64,000 nt of DNA from the human T2T-CHM13v2.0 reference genome, Homo sapiens, in the NCBI RefSeq assembly GCF_009914755.1, contig NC_060936.1; one strand, 5' to 3'. The notes below the pieces were generated by a model. The model was not told the origin of the DNA. It was given only the letters and a program-made list of their open reading frames with translations, and did not search any database. The stretch's first letter is position 1; each line of letters starts with the position of its first letter. The position numbers were made by a program, and so were the translations under genes. This document shows, piece by piece, positions 28,531-39,603 of this stretch.

Positions 28531-29728
28531 TGTTTATGAGAAAAAAGGACACAAACTAAATAGAAGTTCTGGATTCAATATGGGTTTCACAGTAGGGTGA
28601 GCTGACTGGGACATTTTCTTTGGAGACACAGACACAGCCAATGTCCGATTCTTGAGGTCTTTTACCTTGAGCTGGTCAGGTTAGATAAGACACTTCTATT
28701 CTGGCCAGAATTCTGAAAGCTGGGTGAGGGAAGAAGACTGGTGATCTTAACATAAATAGGTAAACACTCGGTTTTGAGTGTGGTACCCTGGTTTTCAACT
28801 GTATTCCCAGTGTGCATAGCCTTCTCCAGAAAGCAAGCTTCCAGCCTTCTGCAAGGATGAAGGAAAAGAGATCACAGAGTACAGACAGAGGGAAAGATAT
28901 CTGGGTATCAAATTCCTAAAATTTCAACCAGTTCTCCCGTTTTGCCCCCCTGTCCCCTCTTCACCATGGGTCCCATGTTTTCCCAGCTTTGAGCTCTCAG
29001 GGAATTCTATAAACTGACTTGTTTCTGGGCTTTTCTATTACTTAGAGATCAGCTTTTTAAGTCTACTAAGTCAACGCCTTCTAAAATTTTGGTGTGGGTT
29101 TCTCTTCTCCCTTGTGGATTTATGGCTTTTTTAAAAAAGAATTCCCTTATTCTCATTTTAGTATATGTTTGGCAAGAGGCAGAGTTAAATGCTAGTAATA
29201 TGCCACTTGTTTAACTGAAATCTTAGATAATTTAGCTTTTCAATAAATGTATTTATCTTCATAAATCAAACACGGTGTATCACAGACGAAACGTCAAAAT
29301 GATGACAAAGTAGTTAAAAGACAAAATTGGAAGGCAAACCTAACAGAATAAAGAAATAAATGGTTGAAAGTTTGGGGGGAGCGGGTAACCTGTTTTTGCT
29401 ATACAAATTTTGTTAAAAGCCAAATTTTCAAGAGAGAAAAATCAAAACCCCCTGACTTTGTACTTTTTGAGGAGTTAAAGAAACCAAGTGATTTATCCAA
29501 GACAAGTGGGCTTTTTAGTGGTGAAGATAAATTTCACATTTAAATCTGGTGAGTCCTTAACATATCATGGAGTAAAAACCAAAACCAAAGGAGACACAGG
29601 CTCTGAGAAAGGTGGGTATTTCTAGCAAAAGAAATGCTGTCAGCAGGAGGGCCGGAGGTGATCAAGTTCCAGCATTAAATTATGTACATAAAAACAGTAG
29701 TGCTTAAGCTCAAAGGCAGGGTCATCTA

Positions 29729-30031
29729 TTTTTTGAGACAGAGACGGTCTCCCTCTGTCGCCCAGGCTGTAGTGCTGTGGCACAATCTCAGTTCACTGCA
29801 ACCTCTACCTCCTAGAATCAAGCGATCCTCCTACCTCAGCCTCCCAAGTAGCTAGGACTACAGGTACACGACACCATGCCTGGCTAAATTTTTTTTTTTT
29901 TTTTTTTTTTTAGTAGAGATGAGGTTTTGTCATGTTGCCCAGGCTGGTCTCAGACTCCTGTGGTCAAGCAATCCTCCTGCTTCAGTCTCCCAAAGGGCTG
30001 GGATTACAGGCAGGAGCCACTGCGCTCGGCC
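29729..30031 (-). mobile_element. AluJ, full length
   Basis: Reverse dimeric Alu with expanded middle T-tract; TSD aaaggcagggt / aaagacagggt. Confidence 0.95.
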
Positions 30032-31590
30032 AAAGACAGGGTAACATAAACTTTACCCTAAATCCACTGTGCATGCAGAAAGGGGTTGACTGACGAATCC
30101 TTGTTTTTCTGAGACTCGACATGCAGACAGTTTGATGCTAGAGGAGCTCCCTTTCCTAGGCTTTGTCATATTTCTTTCCCATTCACTGACTGACCTTCCT
30201 TGTTTTCAGCCCTCTATTTGCACTGGTACCCTTTAACTCAGTAGTTCTCCGCTATGGTATTAGTTGTCAGGAGTGTCCATACTTAAGTACCTTAAGTTCA
30301 TGAGTCATTTTTTAAGCAAACAAAAAAGAGTAGTTATAGCACTTACTTTCTTTTGAGCATGAATAGAGAAGAAAAGGACAGAAGTATAGCAAAGAAATTA
30401 AAAATCTCTTAGTATTAGAGGTACTAAAAAAATCTAGATATTAGCAAGGGAGAATGGAGTATATGTCAGTATCATCCATGAGTGTCCCAGTAGAAAAACA
30501 ACTTACTAATCTAACCAATTTCACTTTTGCTGATTCCATTCATCTCTACCTTCAGATTTCTTTTTATTTTCTTCACTACCAAAACCACTCCTGTGCTACT
30601 CTTTGACCAACAATTTTATTATGATTATTATTGCAACGTCAATTAAAGCAGGAGCAAGTCTTAGAACTCCTTCCACAATACCTTACCAACAATTAGACCT
30701 ATAAAATTTAAAAGGTTGGGAGAATACTCAATAGCAGTGCACCTGTAAGGTCTCAGCTGTGCTAATCATAGGAAAATGAATAATTTCTGGAGAACAACTC
30801 TTATTTTTTCAAGCATTTTTAAATATAACAGCTTACATACTAAAGCTATATAAATCTTTAGTTACTTAAATGTCTAAAATTACTACTCTATGTATCACTC
30901 AGACATTCAATAGAAATGATAAAGTCAAATACAGGCTTTCCTTCTTGACTTCTTGGCAGCTGGAAGAATAATCCATTGCTATACTCTAATACAGACCATA
31001 TACCTACTCTTCTTCCTGATGCCTAGTGATTCTGTAGCAGGTCATGATCTAACAGTTTGCTCTCAGTTCATGGAACGGCAGCAATGATATGATGCTCAGT
31101 CTTTGGTCTGTCTAAATGTGCCCATTCTTCAAAACTCAGCATTACTCCACCCTTTCCCATCATCTCTCTTTGATTTTCTGGTCTGAAGTCCTCCGGGTTG
31201 TACACTTCCCATTTATTATCCCTTTGTCTTAGTAATTCATTTGGAGATAACATAAAAGAACTGAGATAAGATATAGGGTTCTATATCACGATATATAGAA
31301 CTTTATCCAGCAAATGTTCAGGTACTATTTTTTTTGGCATATTGGTTTAGGATTTAGACATTGTGTAGCTTCTGTTAAAGTAAAGCAGAGAAGGTTAAGG
31401 AAATTTTTCTGGGAGATTTTTAAAACCTTTTTACCTTTGGAATTTTAACCTTACTCAGATGGGTTCATAAGGCAATGTTTTATTTCTGGAAGATAGCTAC
31501 ATACATTTCACAGAATGTTACTAGGACAGTAGAATTTAGCTTCTCTACAGGCAGGACTTTTCCACTTCTGAATTTCAATGTGGCAGTTAA

Positions 31591-31725
31591 TTTGGTTTTT
31601 TTGTTTGGTAAACAGGTTCTTTGCTGTGTCACCCAGGCAGCCTCGAACTCCTGGCCTCAAGCGAACCTCCTGCCTCAGCCTCCCAAAGTGCTAGGACTTA
31701 TAGGCATCAAGCACAGCATCTGGCC
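31591..31725 (-). mobile_element. FLAM-type Alu monomer
   Basis: Single arm: ctcgaactcctggcctcaagcg...cctcccaaagtgct...ggcc. Confidence 0.8.
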
Positions 31726-33759
31726 CCTAAGGGTCCTATCAGGTGAGAGGAAAAACACATACACATTCACAACAAAAGGATGAGGGACCACCAGACTCTA
31801 AGACCGTCACACAGTGGACAGTCAGCAATACTACAGTATGCAACACAGCTCTCAACTCCAGGAAACACAATTCATTTTGTGTTGTATGTGAACAGCGTCC
31901 CCTGGAGTTGTGCAAAGCAGTGATCCTGGTACACAAAGTTAACAAGGTGAGATGTTCCACTAAAGGGAGTTTTGTGAAATGAGAGGACAAAACACTAGCC
32001 ACATTTAGATTCAGCCCTTATTAGCACCTTGAAGTACCAGAGAAGTTCCAAACTGCATAAACCAGCATATCCTGGAGTTTGGTTGTGCCTCTTTCCCCCA
32101 GGAAATCCCTATTAATATTTTTTGGAACCAGCATTCTAAAACACAATTTAGAAAACACTGAGCTACTTTATAAAAGGCCTTCAGAGTCAAGTTGTATTTT
32201 GATAAAGAGAAAAATAAAAAAAAGATGAAAGTTTTAGTGAAGAAACTGTGGTTTAAAATAGGTTATTGAAAAACAAAAGAAAATTCTGGCACAAATATGA
32301 AAGGTAGATTAAAGCAGCAGATCTGAGAGTTTTGAGAGTACAAGATTATTATTTAAAATCCTCCTGAGAGAGAACTCACTCACAGGGTTAATACAATGAA
32401 TAATAGATCCACATTGTTAATAAAAAAGTATTTAAAAAGCATCTTTCAAGTTAAACAGTCAAATCTTCTTTAAGACCTATTTTTTTCAGAAAACATAAAT
32501 TTGACTCCTAAATTTATCAGGTCTGTACAGTAGTCATGCCAGTTTACAGTTAGGCAGTGTAATCTCAGATTTCACAGTGTAAGCAAGCATTGGTCCATTC
32601 AACACTACCTTTATTTGTTCCCTCAGAGGCCCAGGTGACAGTAGTATTACTACAAAAGCAGGTATCCCATATTTTAAGAAACCATATTGTTGGAAGTCAC
32701 TGTACTTAGAAATACCAAATATTCTTATAACTAAAAACACCACATACGATTTGGAATAGCTGACACTGTCCTAGGAAAAATTTAATAGAAAATAGCTTTT
32801 AAAAATATGGCAAAAAAAAATGTGCCCACAGTTTATTTGGACCTCTCTGCCAAAAATATTTATTAATTTAGATTACCATAAGCTTTAGTAAATTACAAGC
32901 TATGATTCCTAAATAAACCTTAAGGTGTAGCCAACAAGACTAAGTTTTGGAACAAACAAAAACAGGTTCCCAACAGTCTTGAGATGAACCTGCTTTGAAA
33001 TTAATTTTATTATAAAATATATTTTAAATGCAGATACAGGCTATTTGCTATACTGTTATAAATGAAGCAAAAAACAACTGCATTTCAAAACTGGTCTTAA
33101 AGAGGAAAATTATTAAAGGCAGGTAATTCACGTGGATATGGTATTAGATAAAATAGTTCCAAAAGTCAGAGTAGATTGGTGAACTACACAAACGGTTATT
33201 TAACATTTAAGTGAGACAGCAGTAACTTCTGTTTTAATGCATAAAATAGTAAATTATCAATTAGTATGCTATCACTAATATTCTTGGAAGATCTACTTGC
33301 TGTTTTTGAAAGAGCAACTGCTTGTTAACTAAAATTAAAGAGAGCTATCTATCCACTAACTTATGTCCTTTTAGTCTGAAGGAATATCCGATCTTTTCTT
33401 CTAACAAAGAGCTAGACTAAAGGATAAACACACACTACTGTAAGGATACAGCATGCATTATTTTTATGAATATAAACTCTGGTGTCTAAGTCATTTGAAA
33501 ATGGCAGACATTAAGACATGAAAATAAAAGAACATTCTCTAATAGTTTACAGTGCTTAATAAGTAACTTAAGTAACCACAGATGGATCTTCTGAAAGACT
33601 GGGCATACATAGATAACAGAAATATTTTCAATTTATCAGTTCTAGGATTGTCACAAAAACCATCGACATCAACAAATCAAACTTTGCTACTGATTTAGGT
33701 ATCTCTACCATGTAACTTTAACTTAGTTATAAATGCAATGTCAATGTTTCTCAAAATGC

Positions 33760-33888
33760 AGACTACTCTAGCATTTGGCCCCACCTCAAATCTGCTGAAT
33801 CAAAATTCCAGGGGCAATGCCAAGGAATCTGCACTTTCAGTAACTCCCCCAGGTGATTCTTCATGCACATTAATGCTGGAGAACCACA
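33760..33888. mobile_element. MER5A fragment
   Basis: ggaatctgcactttcagtaactccccaggtgattc...gagaaccac. Confidence 0.7.
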
Positions 33889-34374
33889 CCTTTCTTGTGA
33901 GATTTATAACCAGGTTTTGGATTTCAGGAACTAAAACCTCCTCATTTGGAACCTTTTAAACTAAATTTCATTACAGAACAAATGAATATTTCAAAGAGAT
34001 TTAGGTAATAAACATGTTATAGTATAAAAACAAGTGCATAAAAAGTTACAGCAGAAATTTAAAGAAGAAACTTTTAGTACAGCACATTTTATTTTTATTC
34101 AAGATTTAAGACACCCCTAGGCCAACAGTTCTTTGAAATCAAAATTCCTAACTTAAAAAAATCCACAATATTAAAAATATAGTATTTCAGATACGTTCAC
34201 ATTCACTCAGCTGTTAAGTAAATCAAAACACAAACTGTTTGTATTACACCAAATATAAGTAATGATTAAATTTATAAAGCTCAACCCAAACAAACCCATT
34301 CATATTTCTCTATTAAATTTACTCTGATCAAAACTGATTTTCCATACATAACTTTCATAAACTTACATAAACGT

Positions 34375-34605
34375 GTATAATGAGAAGAGCAATGAGCAAA
34401 ATCTAGAAGCCACCTAAAGTCCAGTTTGGGCTAAAAAAGCTGCTAGCTATATGACCTTAGGGCCTAGACAAATCACTTTGCCTACCAGAAAAAAAACAAA
34501 AAACAAAAAACAAAAAAAAGTACAATTGTCTGCCTTACTCACCACACAGGATTATTGTGAGAATCAAATGAGGTCATATGTAAATACATTCTGAAAACTG
34601 TAAAG
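34375..34605 (+). mobile_element. MIR fragment
   Basis: agctatatgaccttagg...acaggattattgtgagaatcaaatgag. Confidence 0.6.
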
Positions 34606-36107
34606 TAGTTAATAATAATACCTGTGATTTCTGAAGACAGCAAAATTTGAGAGACACTATCTTTGGGCACCTGCTGTAAAATACACAAACTACCACCAGA
34701 AAAATTAAAATGTATATGCCACTAAAGAATCAATGAAGAACATAAAAACTGACCATTCAGATTTAATTAGATATTGGACACTATTGAGTATACCGTATTC
34801 TGAAAAATACAAATACAAAAATTCGATTCGATTACCTGTCCTATGTCCCCATTTATAACAGAACCATTTCTTGTGTTAAGATATAAATGAAATGTGATGG
34901 ACCACGAGAGTTGGTAATTGTCAAAACTGGCCAGTAAGTATATCATTCTCTCTACTTTCCTATGTTTGATAATTTCTATAATAAAAAATTTTAACAAGAC
35001 AACAATATATGTGGTATGTATAGATAACATTTCTAAAAGCTAAAAAGTGAATTTTTTAAAGTTATTTATCTTTATGAAAATTATTCCCATAACCATTGTA
35101 TGTTATTTTCCTGGCAATGTCACCTCAGATTCCACCTAGTCCCAAATAAGCTACTATTAGTACCTTTATTACATATCATGACAGCTACTAGAAAATAATT
35201 ATTCCCTTCCATCTGGTCAATACTCTTGCCCGAGATGCAAAAACCTAAATGTTTGTTTCTGCTTTCTGATCCTCAGTCCTTTTATTGTTTTTTGCTCATC
35301 CATTACAAAATTCCAGAATAAAAAAGTGAAAACATCAATTTTACTGTATTCATGTGTAAAATGTAAGGGAAAAAAACCAAATATTATTTTGTTCAATATT
35401 ACAGAAGACCAATAGTTATAAGTGGCCGTTCCTTTTAAAACTCATTTCCCATGGTAAGAGACTGTTGCATCTGAAATGAAGTTAACATGTCTGTCAGACA
35501 AAGGAAATTAGTAAATCTTACTCTGAAATCAAGGAATCTATGAAAGTATATATAACAACATATAATTACTCTACATGCAACAATCTAATAGCTCAAATAA
35601 TGTCCTTTATCCCGGGGCCATATTCCATAGTTCGACAGAGAACACATAGCAGTAAGGGGATAAAACACCTTTCATCTCAGAGTTTTTGGCTAATTTTAGT
35701 TTAATAAAGACTTATCTACAGCTCAATAGCCAATGCTTTACATTGTCTATAGAGAAATTGCAAGTGTTGAATGAAACCTTAAATGCAGATAGAAGGGCAG
35801 TAATATTTTGCGGTTTGTAAGTAAGACTATATGTAATAATATCCACATCTTAATTCATTACTTGGGAGCTAAATCCCTTTTCTCATGTTACATCAAAAAA
35901 GGAGGCTGTGCCTAAAGAGACAGTGTTCCTTATACTTATGATTTGGGAAGGAAGGGAAGGGAAAGAAATCTCAACTGTCACTACAGTAACTCTTTTCTAA
36001 GTATTAAAATCTCCATTTATTTTTACATGAGATGCACCTGAGAGGAGCCATGTATACAAACCACTTTTTCTAACATGGTCTTTATTAAACTTTGAATATA
36101 AGTACAC

Positions 36108-36254
36108 CTGCTCGAAGTGTTCATCTATATTATTTAAGAACAAGCAACTGTAAAACAGTAAAATCACAAAAGGTAAGTTGTTGGAAGACAACAAAAAAGA
36201 ATTACTATATCTGATCCTGCGTGTTTATTTTAGAATCTGTTAATAGGCCTACAG
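36108..36254 (-). other. Possible alternative/cryptic non-coding exon
   Basis: Minus-strand acceptors T16-ag|CTG at 36255 and ttttactgttttacag|TTG at 36148; only a weak donor CAG|GTGTAC at 36108. Confidence 0.3.
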
Positions 36255-38472
36255 CTAAAAAAAAAAAAAAAATTGTAAAGCCACTGTCATACTGGTAGGT
36301 ACCTTTATTTGGTGGCAATGGCTAGTTCAAACCACCTATTAAAAGCAGCTATTACTTTCCTTCTTTTACCAAGAATATCCAGACCATCAATATTATTATA
36401 AACACAAATCAAAACTAGTTTCTCATCTCATCTCAGAATGCTAAAATCCCAAGCTTCAATAAAAAAAAGATTTCCCATACAATTGCAGAAATTTCTCTCA
36501 AAAGAGAAATGAGAGAATACAGAAAAATGAAGACAATTCCCCCTTACACGTCAAAATGGGGATGCCAATAATGACAGCTGCGATAAAAATCAAGAAGGCG
36601 TACCCCGAATTTTCACCATTTTAATAAAAGAAAATCACGAAATTTTAAATTAAAGGTGGCGCTCTGTCCTCAACTCACCCGAATGTGACTCACTTTTGCA
36701 GACTATATGGTAGGAAATTAACAGTTACTTTTCAAAGATCTTTGCAGTTACACCCAAGCCAAAATCAGGACAGAGATCCACCCTTAATTACAGCAATTTA
36801 GCTGTCTTATCTAAAGCAAGGTAAAAACTAAAACGTCCTCCTGAAATCATAGCTAAATAAGCCCATTTCATATACTAGCTATCAAAGGTTCCCAATTAAA
36901 AAAAAATGTTTCTATTTACTTCAAATTTGAACTCACCAGGAGGATAAAGAAAAAGAGAGGGGAGGAGGAGGACCCAAATGAAACGCACAAGTACAAAAAG
37001 CAGATTCTCCTCCAATCCCTCTTAATTCCCCCAATCCACCCCTGCCACACACAAGGACAGGGAGTCTCGGGAAGGCTGGCATCGGGGCAAGTGGTGAAGG
37101 CCCTCCATTCACTCACGTGGGCCACCATCCAAAGGGTTACACACCCTCTGCCAGATGAGAGCCTCATACAAACCAGGCCCTTACAAGTACTTCTTATTAT
37201 AAAATACACCCACGCTGAACAAAAGCCTTATTTTAAAATAAGACTGTCCTCAGGTGGGGGAGGTTAAACACAACAAAGGCTTCCATGTTGACAGGCAGAC
37301 AAGTTCAGATATATGCATATACCTACACACGTATGAAAAAAATCTATGTAGCTAATTTATCACGAACAGCAATCGATACCAACAGAAGCCATTAGATTAT
37401 TAATAAACCAAGAAAAGTAGCGGGCACAGAAGCGAAAGGTGGCTGTCTGCAGCGCTCTAACCCAAAGAAAAGGTAAATATCAGCCTGTCGAGGAGGGTCG
37501 AGCCCTCCAAGTACCTGCAGACCCCTTTAACCCACCCGGACGCCCTGCCCTCCCCTCCGAGCCAAGCAGCGCACAGGGTGCGAGCACTCCCAGCGCTGCG
37601 AGTCCCGCAGAAAACTGGTGAATGAAATGCGCACAGAGACCAACCTGGCTGGTGACCGCGGCGCAGAACCAGGGGTCGCTAACCAGCTTAGCCACAGGAT
37701 TCTCCCGCAGGATGGGATAAAGAGAGCACAGCCCCCACCCCACACCCCTGCCACTGGAACGCGGTCCTCCTACAGACTCCTTCCTCAAAAAGGGAGGTGG
37801 GGGCGCAGGCTTTTTTCTCTTAAACTAAGTGAATAAACACGAATCGGAAACAACTGTGAACATCCTGGGGGGCCAGACGGAAGGCGTGAGGAGAAAGACC
37901 AGGCGGCTCTCCAACTCCCGAGGAATCACCGTCCTGACACGCCAACAATCAACCACCAGGGCCAGGGGCCGACCAGGGGCCCCCGCTCCCCTCCCGCAGT
38001 GCGTCTGGGGGGCCGAGGCCAAGGATTAGAGGGGTGACCCTCCCGGGGCGCGGGGAGAGGGAGTGCCGGGCACGGTGCCCTCAAGGTCACCACGCGCCGT
38101 GGCGGGGGCGACCGGTGGCGGGATGGGCTGTGGCGCGGCCGAGGCGGCTTCGTGAAGCCGAAGACCTGCGGGTGTAGACCAGAAGCCCCAACGAGCCCCA
38201 TCCCTCGGGCCCGGAGCAGCGACTCCCAGACTGACCCGGCGCTGAGGTGCACGGCGAGAAGCCCGCTCACCTTCACAATCTCCCGGCAAGAGGCAACCTG
38301 CGAGGGGCCCCGACCGCCCCCGTCAGCTTCTCCCGAATCCGGCGCAACCCGCTGCGCACCCAGCTATCAGGATCCCCGCCGCGACGCCCGACCTCCGTGC
38401 TCCGCCTGGCCTCCCCCGCAGGTGACCTGCCCCGCCGCCCCCGGCCGCGGGCGGGCGGCGGCCGCCACTCAC

Positions 38473-38600
38473 CTCGCCCGGCAGTGGGAACCATTTTCCG
38501 AGGGGGAAGGAAAGGCAGGCTGCGGGAGGGTCGCGGGGCGGTAAGGGGCAGCGGGAAACGCAGAGGATGGGGGCTCCGTCCTCAGCGCGTCCGCAGCCGG
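38473..38600 (-). other. Candidate alternative first exon (1b); 5' end uncertain
   Basis: Consensus donor GAG|GTGAGT at 38473/38472; ATG in strong context (AAAATGG) 22 nt before the donor. Confidence 0.5.
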
Positions 38601-39095
38601 CTCGCAGGGCTCGGGGCGCCACGCGGAGGTGCAGCTGCACCTCGGGGATGGGGCGGCCAAGGAGCCGAGAGGCTCGGCGTCCACCAGCCGGGGCTCCCTA
38701 CTCACGCTGCACTGCGAGGAGGCGGCGGCGGCAGCGAAGGAGGAGGAGGCGGCGCCCGGCCGTCCCCGCCCAGAGCCCGGCAGCCACCGAGTGGCCGCCC
38801 GCGTCCCCGCAGGACCCGCCTCCTCGGCTCCGCAGAGCGGCACACAGGGCGCGCCGCGCTCGCTCGGCACGGGCAGCTCAGCCGGCCTCACGCCGCCGTC
38901 CGCAACAGCAGCCGCGGGCGGGGTGCAGCCACCTCCGTGAGCGCCGCAGCCCGCCCCACTCGGGGCGGGGCCCGCGGGCACCGGAGAGCGGACGGCCGAG
39001 CACGAGGGGGCTGCGCGCAGCTCCGGGCAGGGACCCCGTCTGCACCGGGTGGCCTGCAAGATTGCCGGGGTAGGCAGGGGGAGGAGAACGCTCAC

Positions 39096-39232
39096 CCGTT
39101 CCGGTCTGGCGCTCCCTTTTCTCCACACCCACACGCCTCCCGCTCCACGCTGGCGGCGCAGCTGCTCCCGCTGCCACAGCCGCCACCGCCGCCGAAGCTC
39201 GCGCCGCCGCCGCTGCCGCCTTGGCTGAGCGC
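39096..39232 (-). other. Candidate main first exon (non-coding 5'UTR); TSS approximate
   Basis: Donor CGG|GTGAGC at 39096/39095; GGC-rich leader without ATG, just downstream of E-box and GC-box. Confidence 0.6.
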
Positions 39233-39233
39233 G

Positions 39234-39243
39234 GTCACGTGAC
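39234..39243. promoter_or_regulatory. Perfect palindromic GTCACGTGAC (CLEAR / USF / MiT-TFE E-box)
   Basis: Exact 10-mer next to the inferred TSS. Confidence 0.8.
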
Positions 39244-39273
39244 GCGATCCGCGGGGAGCCTGGGGGCGGGCGA

Positions 39274-39292
39274 GTGCGCGCGCGCGCGCGCG
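39274..39292. repeat. (CG)8 alternating purine-pyrimidine tract
   Basis: gtgcgcgcgcgcgcgcgcg, adjacent to GC box gggggcggg (39262-39270). Confidence 0.9.
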
Positions 39293-39560
39293 GAGGAACC
39301 GCGGCTCGGACCGGGACTGGGAGCTGAGCGGCACTGGGAGGGCGTTTAAGGGGAGGACCCGGCGAGCGCGCCCTCGGCTGGCGAGCGCGCGCCTGGCGAT
39401 TAGAACTTGCCGCGCGGTCGGGAAAGGGTGGCCGGAGTGAGGGGCGGAGGTGGGGACTTGCGCCTCCGCACGCCCCTCCCTTTCTTCCTTCCCCTGAGCG
39501 CCTTGGCTTGCCGCTGCCCCCGCCCCCTCCAGCGCGCCCCTTCCCTCCTGCCGCAGCCTG

Positions 39561-39603
39561 CGATTGGCTGAGAGGCTCTGACGTCCGTGTTTCCATGACG
39601 TGT
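39561..39603. promoter_or_regulatory. CCAAT box plus two CRE/ATF-like sites
   Basis: gattggct (CCAAT on minus, 39563-39567), tgacgtc (39579), atgacgtg (39596). Confidence 0.6.

Noticed and set aside
31278-31301. 9-bp-arm palindrome gttctatat-N6-atatagaac
   Set aside because: AT-rich and short; plausible by chance in 64 kb and has no supporting context
38247-39596. Long ORFs of 331 aa (+) and 375 aa (-) and other ORFs in the CpG island
   Set aside because: Low-complexity Arg/Gly/Pro/Ala products open on both strands; expected from stop-codon scarcity in GC-rich DNA; no recognisable domain
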